A model generated the notes under the pieces. That model was given only the letters and a program-made list of their open reading frames with translations. It did no database searches and was not told the origin of the DNA. The position numbers were made by a program, and so were the translations under genes. DNA of 64,000 nucleotides from a bacterium (GTDB lineage Bacteria; Fidelibacterota; Marinisomatia; Marinisomatales; UBA1611): positions 2,618 through 66,617 of the forward strand of contig JAYPIC010000001.1 in the NCBI GenBank assembly GCA_038127595.1, given 5' to 3'. Below, piece after piece: positions 38,901 through 46,760 of this stretch (position 1 is the stretch's first letter; every line of letters begins with the position of its first letter).

Positions 38901-39794
38901 TCAACAATAAATGGTCGAACAATAAAGATTAAAGATTTTTTATGGGAATTTTTTCAGGGTAATAAGGGTAAGCCACCTCGAATACTTGTAGAAAGAGTGA
39001 ACCCTGTGCGTTTTACTTTGACTGAGTTTCCAGAAGGTATGGAGGTTGATGAATCTCTTGGTGCTATAAAATGGACACCTAAAAAATCTCAAACAGATAT
39101 GCATAGAATTTCTGTAATGGTTTCTGATGGCTACACAAAAGATGAACAGATATATGAAGTGTATTCAAATCATTTACCTACAATTATTTCAAACACACCT
39201 CGAATGGCTTTAGTTGGAGAGTTATTTAAATATCAAGTTAGGGTTGAAGATTTAAATGAAGGTGCTAACCTGAAATATAATTTAATTAAAGGCCCTCATG
39301 GTATGCAGCTTGATAAGAGTGGAAAAATATTATGGGTTCCGAAAGCTGCACAAATCAATTATAATGATTTTGAAGTTTCTGTCACAGATGGATATGGAAC
39401 TGATATCCAATCTGGAAGAATATTTATAAATAACCCACCTTCAATTATTTCAACTCCAAAGCCTGTTGGTCTTACTGGTCATACTTGGAGGTATAAGTTA
39501 ACTACTGAAGATTTGAATGGAGATAGAGTAACATATCGTGCAGTGCGATTGCCTAAATTTGCAAAATTTGATAGAAGAACTGCTACTCTTGAGTGGACCC
39601 CAAGAAAGAACCAAGATGGTGTAAATGACTTTATTTTAATGGCGGTTGACGAGCATGGAGCAACGACAACTCATGATTTCCAAGTCCATGTGTTTTACGA
39701 TCCAAGTGCAAAACAATTAGTAAATAGTGGTTGGCCTTTGATGTTAACTTTTGTTGGTGTTGTTTTTGCTTGGGGCGCTGGGCAAATGAACTAG
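35919..39794 (+). CDS. Large surface protein: FG-GAP beta-propeller, Pro/Glu linker, seven cadherin-like/He_PIG Ig domains and a C-terminal TM
   Basis: Six DxDxDGxxD-type motifs; seven P-x-G-M...W-x-P-type Ig repeats joined by N-x-P-P-type linkers; hydrophobic C-terminus. Confidence 0.82.
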   Translation: MKYFNYKIILSAIFILALSFLNAQKIVHLEGSYDLDGDNLLEFISLELDPDKNVFPTVVKYNEVDQDGYQSSIWEFDAPKELDGYFVDAKIGDLDGDGIPDLIIVMNLSRFGTNSTPHVFVAVYSWEDGSFSELPSITLDIGKQDRSLRCNNFSMLDHDADGDQELVLSLGSPYRGFAILDLDSQGRLVIIKKIRPDEMLVGSGLLYSAVVDYDNDGYEDLLAISPEGNTIKAQPFYNIGGIFDSGPLIRKNFEGISGILHNSFQLTDWDADGFKDVLAPFRSGDIIALTLTPATLVIERVPVQPGPLTQIEIADFNQDNYKDLLMLSSDINALTMISGEDGGMESVRNVMSKVPEEMQVFSMLPLTKLGKYTGSTMVSGWDGNSNSIFILDFGKKSAEYDQGFLLSTDFITEQLPDLLSNIEDIQPEVPEIYVEVIPEQLPQLPQPEEEVITELGEQRIQSVPQALDPTVIEGDVLKEQPRSVPPKKVIRTLESPKTLKEEEMIGQRLPKHVLPQYILTLNQPFEYMLLRDTTEAFHSFRWQVPPPKGMFFHYESQTIRWVPNQEQLDAFPVSYLVRVKVDEIMEALSASGSVNQEYKTVPVLESRDEQVWIYVNDPPRFLTQPLGTEFVAGGVFQYEPIVRDRNKDASLQFFLEVAPPGMTINDGVLYWKSDSINAEQYDVRLVVSDGFERDVQEFQLSARSGIRILSKAPTMATVGEKYNYDVKVWRQRTSQDANYKLFYGPSGMRVDKKSGLLTWVPNETQIDTVEYALVSTHGVASDTQFVKVFVNHPPVIQKAPAPMTKINVGAIWDFDLMAQDPNKNDKLIYTAHILPEGMRMDARTGRLHWEPSTAQVDFHKLRIEVSDGHLSKFIESEFFVNAPIKIVSVPTMTATVGDEYTYKLMTVDRNKGALLPFDKVVKVEDVSNTKIYSINISDDVVIQNIDRFLGDWYNAKEVYYVNPKYPADTLVSRVNLKRYVQSVFYEDNRLWVITSTINGRTIKIKDFLWEFFQGNKGKPPRILVERVNPVRFTLTEFPEGMEVDESLGAIKWTPKKSQTDMHRISVMVSDGYTKDEQIYEVYSNHLPTIISNTPRMALVGELFKYQVRVEDLNEGANLKYNLIKGPHGMQLDKSGKILWVPKAAQINYNDFEVSVTDGYGTDIQSGRIFINNPPSIISTPKPVGLTGHTWRYKLTTEDLNGDRVTYRAVRLPKFAKFDRRTATLEWTPRKNQDGVNDFILMAVDEHGATTTHDFQVHVFYDPSAKQLVNSGWPLMLTFVGVVFAWGAGQMN

Positions 39795-40822
39795 ATAAAT
39801 AAACTATTTATTTTGTCTTCTAATTTATTATCAGGTGAAAAATGCATTTCTGTTTTTAATGCGTAAACAGGAATTTTAGGATTGATATCTGGTATTTTTA
39901 CCAAATCTTTTTCAGTTGTGATGATATAGTTTGCGCTAAATTTTTTTGCATCATTTTGTACTTTTTGCAAGTCATTAGCTTTAAATTTATAATGATCTAA
40001 AAATTTGCTGTGACCAACAATGTTCGCACCGATTTTTTCTACTGTTTTTTTAAACCCTCTATTATCCCCGATGGCAGATAGTAAATATATGTTTTTTGAT
40101 TTTAATTTTGCTTTATCTATTTCCTGCTTATCTTTCCCAATTAGCTTTGATTTGGATTCTAACACACTATTTATTCTTTCTACATTCACATTTTTTAGTA
40201 ACTTGTTCAAATAGTTTAAATTGTTATGCACATTAGTCTTTGTATAAATTATCAAGTCAGCTCTTTTTAATCCGCTTATTCGTTCTCTTAAATTCCCTAT
40301 TGGAAGTATTTTATGAGTTCTCTTAGTATCCTTACTGTTAATTAATACTATATCCAAATCTCTATGAATTGACCGGTGTTGGAACCCATCATCAATTATG
40401 ATAACGTCAAGATCAAATTCAGATGTAATTCTGAGTCCAGCTTCATATTTTGATTCTCCTACAACTATGGGTATAGAATTTAAATTTTGTGATAGTAAGA
40501 AAGCTTCATCTCCATATTGTTCCCATGAATTAGGTTTATCAAACCCATTAGTTACTAACTTTACATGTTTTGATGATCTGCCATATCCCCTACTAATAAT
40601 ACCCACATTTTTCCCAATTGATTGTAAATGCAAAGCTAAAAATTCTACAGTTGGTGTTTTTCCAGATCCTCCAGTAGTTATATTTCCTACACTAATAACT
40701 TTACATGGTAATTTGTTGGTATTAAAAATATTTGTATCATACAAGTAATTTCTTAATGTTGTGATCAGTCCGTACAAAAATGATAATGGATATAATAGTA
40801 ATTTAAGTGTTGTTTTTAGCAT
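39791..40822 (-). CDS. lpxK: Tetraacyldisaccharide 4'-kinase
   Basis: VISVGNITTGGSGKTP, SRGYG, GDE, DDGFQH, G-x-LRE, DHY, TTEKD. Likely ATG at 40822. Confidence 0.95.
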   Translation of the reverse strand: MLKTTLKLLLYPLSFLYGLITTLRNYLYDTNIFNTNKLPCKVISVGNITTGGSGKTPTVEFLALHLQSIGKNVGIISRGYGRSSKHVKLVTNGFDKPNSWEQYGDEAFLLSQNLNSIPIVVGESKYEAGLRITSEFDLDVIIIDDGFQHRSIHRDLDIVLINSKDTKRTHKILPIGNLRERISGLKRADLIIYTKTNVHNNLNYLNKLLKNVNVERINSVLESKSKLIGKDKQEIDKAKLKSKNIYLLSAIGDNRGFKKTVEKIGANIVGHSKFLDHYKFKANDLQKVQNDAKKFSANYIITTEKDLVKIPDINPKIPVYALKTEMHFSPDNKLEDKINSLFI

Positions 40823-41462
40823 ATTCTTTATTTGTACTCTCAACTTTATCCATTGCATCAGATAGTAATTTTTTACATGTTTCAAAATCTTGTTCAGGAT
40901 CAAGCTGTAATGGCTCACCATATTGGAGAAAAATCTTACCAAATGGTTTTTCTAAAAAAAATGTATGCCAATTAGTAAACTGCCAATTTTTTGTAGATAT
41001 TGCGGAAACAGGAATTATCAATGCCCCCGTTTTTTGAGCTGCTTTTATAACACCTGGTTTAGGGATTCTTTCTGGTCCTTTGGGGCCATCAGGCGTTATA
41101 CCAACGAGAGAAGAAGGTTGCCTTAGTATTTTAACTATTCTAACAAATATTTTAGATCCTCCTTTAGAACTTGAACCTCTAAGCATTTTCCAGCCAAGTT
41201 TAATTCCTATTCTCGATATTAATTCTCCATCTTTATTTAACCCTGCCAAGCCATAAAATTTCTTGTTCATAAGGTGCATAAATGGAGTTAATAGTTGTCC
41301 ATGCCAGCAAGATAAAATAATACTTTTTTTATTTTTTAACGGAAGTTTGAAATTGTTAGAGCCTCTAACATCCCATTTATTTGTATTATAAAAAAAATAT
41401 AATATCCACTTTGCCAAGCTTGCTTGTACAGACAGTAAAAAGTTATCGTATTTATTTTTCAT
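40803..41462 (-). CDS. DUF374 acyltransferase (LpxJ-like)
   Basis: WHG, KDGE, RGSSSKGG, TPDGPKGP, KPFGKI motifs; lies between lpxB and lpxK. Confidence 0.85.
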   Translation of the reverse strand: MKNKYDNFLLSVQASLAKWILYFFYNTNKWDVRGSNNFKLPLKNKKSIILSCWHGQLLTPFMHLMNKKFYGLAGLNKDGELISRIGIKLGWKMLRGSSSKGGSKIFVRIVKILRQPSSLVGITPDGPKGPERIPKPGVIKAAQKTGALIIPVSAISTKNWQFTNWHTFFLEKPFGKIFLQYGEPLQLDPEQDFETCKKLLSDAMDKVESTNKEYAKNNT

Positions 41463-42582
41463 TATCTTTTTCTGATATTATATGTTTTGCAGCTCTATCA
41501 AACACACCTGGAGATCCTAACTTTGTTCTTATTTTTTTATATTTTTCTATAGTCTCTTTTCGCTTTTTTGATGATGGTGAAAGGTATTCAAGTAAGTGGG
41601 GCAATATTTTTTTTGCAGTCATATCACTTTGAATAAGTTCAGGTATAATCTTTTCCTCTGAAATTAGATTTACTATTGATATGAAATTTACCTTCCCAAA
41701 TATTTTGAAAATCATCCAATTAATGTATGAGGTTTTATAGCAAACTATAGTTGGTATTTCTGCTAAGGCACATTCAAGATTTACAGTACCAGAACTGCTA
41801 ATTGCCGCAGTCCCATGCTTAAGTGCATTGGTAACAGAAGATTCAATTATTATAAAATCTGGGATATTTTTTATAATTACATTATTAGATTTGACAAGAC
41901 AAAATCTTAGTGAGGGCAATTTTTCCTTTAATAAAAAGATGGTTTCTAAAAAAACAGGCCAATGATTATTTATTTCTTGCTGTCTACTACCTGGAAGTAG
42001 AACCAATAACGAATCATCACTTTTTAAATTGTGTTTTTTAAGAAAAATTTTATCCTTATCTAGCTTGTAGTCTTCATCTAAAAAAGGATGTCCTGGATAG
42101 TATGTTTTCAATCCCTTCGAGTTATACCAGTTAGTTTCAAATGGGAAAATAGATATAAAATCTGAAATGTTTTCTTTCATAAATAAGATTCTATTTTCTT
42201 TCCAGGCCCATGTTTGAGGCAGAATGAAATATGTAATAGGAATGTCTAGATGTTTTATCTTTTTAACTAAACGCAAATTAAATCCCGGATAATCAATAAG
42301 TAGTAATTTATCAGGTCTTGAAATTTGAATTTCAGAAACTGTATCGTTTAAAATTTTGGATAGTCTATTGTAGTTTTTTAATACTTCTACAAAGCCCATT
42401 ACTGACATTGTGTCGATATGGTTTTTTACATGTACGCCCGCCTCTATCATTTTGTCCCCACCATTACCAATGAATTTTATATTTGGAGAAATTTTTTTTA
42501 ATGATAATACTAATTTTGCTGCATGGATATCCCCAGAAGGCTCGCCGGCAGATATAAAGAAAGTACTGATTTTATCACTCAT
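41452..42582 (-). CDS. lpxB: Lipid-A-disaccharide synthase
   Basis: AGEPSGD, IDYPGFN, PQTWAW, FPFE, GHP, LPGSR, SGTVNLE, PELIQ. Confidence 0.95.
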   Translation of the reverse strand: MSDKISTFFISAGEPSGDIHAAKLVLSLKKISPNIKFIGNGGDKMIEAGVHVKNHIDTMSVMGFVEVLKNYNRLSKILNDTVSEIQISRPDKLLLIDYPGFNLRLVKKIKHLDIPITYFILPQTWAWKENRILFMKENISDFISIFPFETNWYNSKGLKTYYPGHPFLDEDYKLDKDKIFLKKHNLKSDDSLLVLLPGSRQQEINNHWPVFLETIFLLKEKLPSLRFCLVKSNNVIIKNIPDFIIIESSVTNALKHGTAAISSSGTVNLECALAEIPTIVCYKTSYINWMIFKIFGKVNFISIVNLISEEKIIPELIQSDMTAKKILPHLLEYLSPSSKKRKETIEKYKKIRTKLGSPGVFDRAAKHIISEKDNEK

Positions 42583-43172
42583 AAAAAGTTAAATAGAGAA
42601 ATAATCTGAGATTTAAATAATATTAAAATAAAAATTAACGATATGTTTTGAAGAGTTCGCTTTTCTGTTTTCAATGTCTTATATAAGTTTTGAGGTTCAA
42701 TTTTATTGCCGCTATCCCAGGGTTTAAGCTTTGGTAAAAGTTTGGGAACATTTTCAATGTACGATTCATATTCTTCTCCAAATTTTAATTTGAGAGTTTC
42801 TTCCTCTAAAGATATGATAAAATAATATTGAACCATGAAAAAGATTATGATTATCGAAACAAGTTGCCACATCCATTGTCCTCCCCCAAGAAATGCCACA
42901 CCAGCATAAATTATTATATTTCCCCAGTAGAGAGGGTTTCTTGTGTGAGAATAAGGCCCTGATGTACATAATGAAGGTGCGCCTACATTTCTAGTTCTAG
43001 TGGCTCCCCCAGCATAGCGAACAGCATTTATTCTAATTATTTCTCCAATGGCTATCAGTAAAATTCCTAATATGTTAAAAGGGATTATTGGTTGGCTGTT
43101 ATAAATGATTGCTAAGGCTATTGGGATTGGCGTATAGCTTCTAAATTTGAAAAATATGTTTCTGATATCCAT
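42579..43172 (-). CDS. ICMT/PEMT-family membrane methyltransferase (LmtA-like, inferred from context)
   Basis: GEIIR, L-x-TSGPYSHTRNPLY, EEETLKLKFGEEY-x-x-Y-x-x-NVP. Confidence 0.8.
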   Translation of the reverse strand: MDIRNIFFKFRSYTPIPIALAIIYNSQPIIPFNILGILLIAIGEIIRINAVRYAGGATRTRNVGAPSLCTSGPYSHTRNPLYWGNIIIYAGVAFLGGGQWMWQLVSIIIIFFMVQYYFIISLEEETLKLKFGEEYESYIENVPKLLPKLKPWDSGNKIEPQNLYKTLKTEKRTLQNISLIFILILFKSQIISLFNFL

Positions 43173-44164
43173 TAATTTAAATCCTCAAGAATCATTTCAT
43201 TAATTTTAATTACTACATCTAAAGCATTACGCGCTGCAATACCATCGACAATGGGTTTTTCTCTTTTTAGTATCGAGTTTACAAAGTTATCAAGCTCTGC
43301 ACGCAAAGGATCATATTCGTCGATCTCCGGTTTTTCGTAAATAATATATTTATTATCATTTTTTTCTGGAAATGGTTCAATATGCAACGCATTTTCAATT
43401 AGGTTTTTATCTTTTGTTATGTTATATATTTCTGTTTGAGATAATAATAAGTCTATTGTTGAATACAAATTTTCTTGAAAAATCTTAATTTTTCTAACTT
43501 TATCCTTTGCGACCCTGCTAGAAGTAATACTAGACACAGTTCCATTTTCAAATCGTATTCTTGCATGAGCAATATCTACAGAATTAGTTAAAATTGAAAC
43601 TCCGCTCGCATGAATACTTTTCACCTTTGATTGTACTAGTGATAATAATATATCAATGTCATGAATCATTAAATCAAGCACAACTGGAACATCAGTGCCC
43701 CTTACAGTGTATGGTGCAAGTCTTTGAATGTCTATAAATTTTGGACTTAGATCATATTTATCTAATACTTTAAGTGCAGGATTTAATCTTTCAATATGTC
43801 CAACTTGAATTATTAATTTTTTCTTTTTTGCTTCTTCAATTAATCTATCAGCCTGTATGGTTGTTTCAGTAATAGGTTTTTCAATAAAAACATTGCAATC
43901 AAAATTAGATATTGCATCCTTTGCTACGTCATAATGAAACTCGGTTGGAGTTACTATTGATATTGCATCGCATTTTTGCATCAATTCATTTGCTTTTTCA
44001 AAATATTTAGTATCATAGATAGTTGCTATTTTTTTACCTCTAACCGAATCAGTATCATACACACCTAATAGGTTAATATTGTTCATATTACTGTAATGCT
44101 TAACATGATGCTGCCCGAGGTGGCCTACACCTATTACTCCAATGCTTATCTTTTGCGATTTCAT
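43172..44164 (-). CDS. Gfo/Idh/MocA oxidoreductase, GnnA-like UDP-GlcNAc 3-dehydrogenase
   Basis: GVGHLGQHH, TPTEFH, EKP, QVGHIERLNPA, RGTDVPVVLDLMIHDID; sits upstream of lpxB. Confidence 0.78.
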   Translation of the reverse strand: MKSQKISIGVIGVGHLGQHHVKHYSNMNNINLLGVYDTDSVRGKKIATIYDTKYFEKANELMQKCDAISIVTPTEFHYDVAKDAISNFDCNVFIEKPITETTIQADRLIEEAKKKKLIIQVGHIERLNPALKVLDKYDLSPKFIDIQRLAPYTVRGTDVPVVLDLMIHDIDILLSLVQSKVKSIHASGVSILTNSVDIAHARIRFENGTVSSITSSRVAKDKVRKIKIFQENLYSTIDLLLSQTEIYNITKDKNLIENALHIEPFPEKNDNKYIIYEKPEIDEYDPLRAELDNFVNSILKREKPIVDGIAARNALDVVIKINEMILEDLN

Positions 44165-44314
44165 AAGATTTAATATTTTTTAGATTTTAATATATATAAA
44201 GTTGTTGATTAATTAGTGAAATCTCCACAGAAATTATTGAGTAAAAAAACTTGCATTTAGTGTTTAAATAAATCAATTTTAGATGTAATTCGTAGGTAAA
44301 ATCGGAGTTTCGTT

Positions 44315-44968
44315 ATGAATAACGATGTTAAATCCGGGTTTGGGTATATTATACCTTTTGGAGCTATTATAGGTTTCTTTACAGCTTTATTTCTCGGTGA
44401 ATTTTTAATTAGTGTTGTCATTGCTATAGCAGGCATTCTTGTGTGGTTCTTGTATATGGTTGTAATGGAGTCTTCTCCACCATCTAACCTCGGGAATCTG
44501 ATCATCTTTTTTGGTGTCCTGTTATCAGTGGGCGTCTTTATGGGTTTTGGTGTCTCTCAAAATATGTGGGGAGGGGTAGAATTCGTATCTGAAGGTTCAC
44601 TTTTTGCTTTAGTTATTTTATTTTTTTCTGTCCTTACCGGTATGCTTTTTAGGGGACAGCCTATCATTCAACAAACCAATCCATCATATGATTTGAATGC
44701 TCAGGAAAAAAAATTGGTTGAGGATGCTTTAAAAAACGAAGGTCAAAATTCTAGTTCTTCTGACCCTAAAGTTATTGTTGTAAAGCAAGAAGCGAACTCT
44801 CAAGATAAGGAAGATGCCACAGCTAAAGCTAAGGAGCTTGTGCCAGAAGCAGCTACTCATCAATATAATAATCCCTACGTGTATGCTTACCCGCCTGAGT
44901 ATTATTATGATGAAGATGATTATGAAGACGATTATGAGGACGAATATGAAGACGACTACGAAGAGTAG
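44315..44968 (+). CDS. Hypothetical membrane protein (about 4 TM) with a Tyr/acidic C-terminal tail
   Basis: Four hydrophobic segments; ends YPPEYYYDEDDYEDDYEDEYEDDYEE; SD-like GGAG upstream. Confidence 0.7.
   Translation: MNNDVKSGFGYIIPFGAIIGFFTALFLGEFLISVVIAIAGILVWFLYMVVMESSPPSNLGNLIIFFGVLLSVGVFMGFGVSQNMWGGVEFVSEGSLFALVILFFSVLTGMLFRGQPIIQQTNPSYDLNAQEKKLVEDALKNEGQNSSSSDPKVIVVKQEANSQDKEDATAKAKELVPEAATHQYNNPYVYAYPPEYYYDEDDYEDDYEDEYEDDYEE
44915..44965 (+). repeat. Degenerate 12-bp coding tandem repeat encoding (D-D/E-Y-E) x4
   Basis: gatgattatgaa-gacgattatgag-gacgaatatgaa-gacgactacgaa. Confidence 0.7.
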
Positions 44969-44985
44969 TTTATAAAATAAGTATT

Positions 44986-46086
44986 TTATACATTGAATTT
45001 GAAAAAGATGCAATCGCCATCTTTTACAATGTAGTCTTTACCCTCTGTTCTTGATAACCCCAAATTTGATAGTGCAGTTTCTGATCCATGTACTATTAGA
45101 TCGTCATAACTGAAGACCTCGGCTTTGATAAATCCTCTTTCAAAATCACTATGGATTACGCCAGCTGATTGCTTAGCAGTATAGCCTTTCCGTATTGTCC
45201 ATGCTCTTACTTCTGATGGCCCACCTGTAAAATAAGTCTGAAGTCCTAATAGATTGAAGCTAGTTTTTACAATTTTATTCAATCCTGATTCATTTAAATT
45301 ATATTCTGCCAGAAAAAGTTTTTCTTCTTCCTTAGACAGTGTTGATATTTCTTGTTCTATAGAGGCACAAACTTTTACAACGCTACTATTTTTTGAAGAT
45401 GCATAATTAATTAATGCTTCTAGATTTTTATTGGTATTATCATTAGCAATGTCTTCTTCACTAATGTTCGCTACGTAAAGAATTGGCTTATTTGTTAAAA
45501 GATGAAATGTCTTCAATACTTCAAGCTCTTCAGCGTTATACTCTAGGCTATTTGCCCAAAATCCCTCACCGCAGTGATTAACTAATTTTTCAAGAAGCTC
45601 TGCTTCAAATTTTAATTTTTTATCTCCATTCTTTGCTAAACGTTTTGTCTTATCAAATTTTCTTTCGAGCGAATCTAAATCTGAAAGTAATAATTCTGTT
45701 TCAATTATCTCAGCATCTCTTACAGGATCAACAGATCCATTAACATGTACAATACCTGAATCATCAAAACATCTTACAACGTGAATGATCGCAGATGTTT
45801 CTCTTATCTGGCCTAAGAATTTGTTTCCTAATCCTTCACCTTTATTTGCTCCTTGAACTAATCCTGCAATATCTATGAACTCAACTGTTGCTGGAATTAC
45901 TTTCTCAGGATTATATATGTCTTTAAGTTTTTCTAATCTTTCATCTGGAAGATTTACGATGCCCACATGAGGGTCTATTGTACAAAAAGGGAAGTTTTCA
46001 GCTGGAGCATTTGATTTTGTTAGCGCATTAAACAGGGTTGACTTGCCAACATTTGGAAGTCCTACTATACCACATTTTAATGACAT
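44986..46086 (-). CDS. ychF: Ribosome-binding ATPase YchF
   Basis: GIVGLPNVGKST, NFPFCTIDP, DIAGLV, GEGLGNKFL, IHSDFERGFI, C-terminal FKFNV. Confidence 0.97.
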   Translation of the reverse strand: MSLKCGIVGLPNVGKSTLFNALTKSNAPAENFPFCTIDPHVGIVNLPDERLEKLKDIYNPEKVIPATVEFIDIAGLVQGANKGEGLGNKFLGQIRETSAIIHVVRCFDDSGIVHVNGSVDPVRDAEIIETELLLSDLDSLERKFDKTKRLAKNGDKKLKFEAELLEKLVNHCGEGFWANSLEYNAEELEVLKTFHLLTNKPILYVANISEEDIANDNTNKNLEALINYASSKNSSVVKVCASIEQEISTLSKEEEKLFLAEYNLNESGLNKIVKTSFNLLGLQTYFTGGPSEVRAWTIRKGYTAKQSAGVIHSDFERGFIKAEVFSYDDLIVHGSETALSNLGLSRTEGKDYIVKDGDCIFFKFNV

Positions 46087-46632
46087 TTAAAAAGAATCTA
46101 GCGATGGATCTTTGCCAAAGTCATAAACTAAATTATCAAAGATTCCAACTTGAAGATTTTTTGCTGTGTAGATTTTTTTATCATCAGCTTGCATTTCAGC
46201 ATCAGCCCATATCATCGATTTAGATCTAGTAATTAATTTTTTAATGCTAACATTATAAATTATTTTTTTATGGTACGGCCTTACTTGGCCACGGAATTTT
46301 ACATCCCCAACGCCTAATGCTCTTCCTTTACCAATTGCTCCACTCCAAGTGAGGAAGAATCCTACTAATTGCCACATTCCATCAAGGCCTAAACAGCCAG
46401 GCATTACCGGGTCCCCTTTGAAGTGACAATGAAAAAACCATAATTCCTCTGTGATATCCATTTCAGCTAGGATTGAGCCTTTATCATATGCTCCACCTTC
46501 ATTACTTATATTTAAAATTCTGTCAATCATCAACATGGGTTCGAGAGGAAGTTTGGCATTATCTTGACCAAACATATCTCCATTTGCCATGGATAATAGT
46601 TCTTGTTTATTAAATGAATTTTTCTGACTCAT
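46087..46632 (-). CDS. fabA: 3-hydroxydecanoyl-ACP dehydratase/isomerase
   Basis: LP-x-x-PMLMIDRI, WFFHCHFKGDPVMPGCLGLDGMWQLVGF (His/Asp dyad of FabA), GRALG. Confidence 0.92.
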   Translation of the reverse strand: MSQKNSFNKQELLSMANGDMFGQDNAKLPLEPMLMIDRILNISNEGGAYDKGSILAEMDITEELWFFHCHFKGDPVMPGCLGLDGMWQLVGFFLTWSGAIGKGRALGVGDVKFRGQVRPYHKKIIYNVSIKKLITRSKSMIWADAEMQADDKKIYTAKNLQVGIFDNLVYDFGKDPSLDSF

Positions 46633-46760
46633 ATGGTTATTTTCCTTTTATTGCGACTTCATTTAGCTTAATAAATTATTACTTATTTGTGAATTAAGCA
46701 TTTGAATCTATTTAGTAATTGAAATTTTGGTAATTTATATGATAAAAATTTGGAGGAAAT

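Noticed and set aside
38655..39005. Intein in the large surface protein
   Set aside because: No N-terminal Cys/Ser or C-terminal His-Asn splice motifs; kept as an inserted-domain finding instead.
20099..44245. GAGTAAA heptamer seen in four intergenic regions (20099, 22179, 33410, 44239)
   Set aside because: Short, AT-rich and noticed post hoc, with no consistent position or orientation relative to starts; it would need a genome-wide enrichment test.
46666..46699. GCTTAAT...ATTAAGC inverted repeat between fabA and the SDR gene
   Set aside because: 7-bp AT-rich arms with a 20-bp spacer; it does not match FadR/FabR sites and is plausible by chance.
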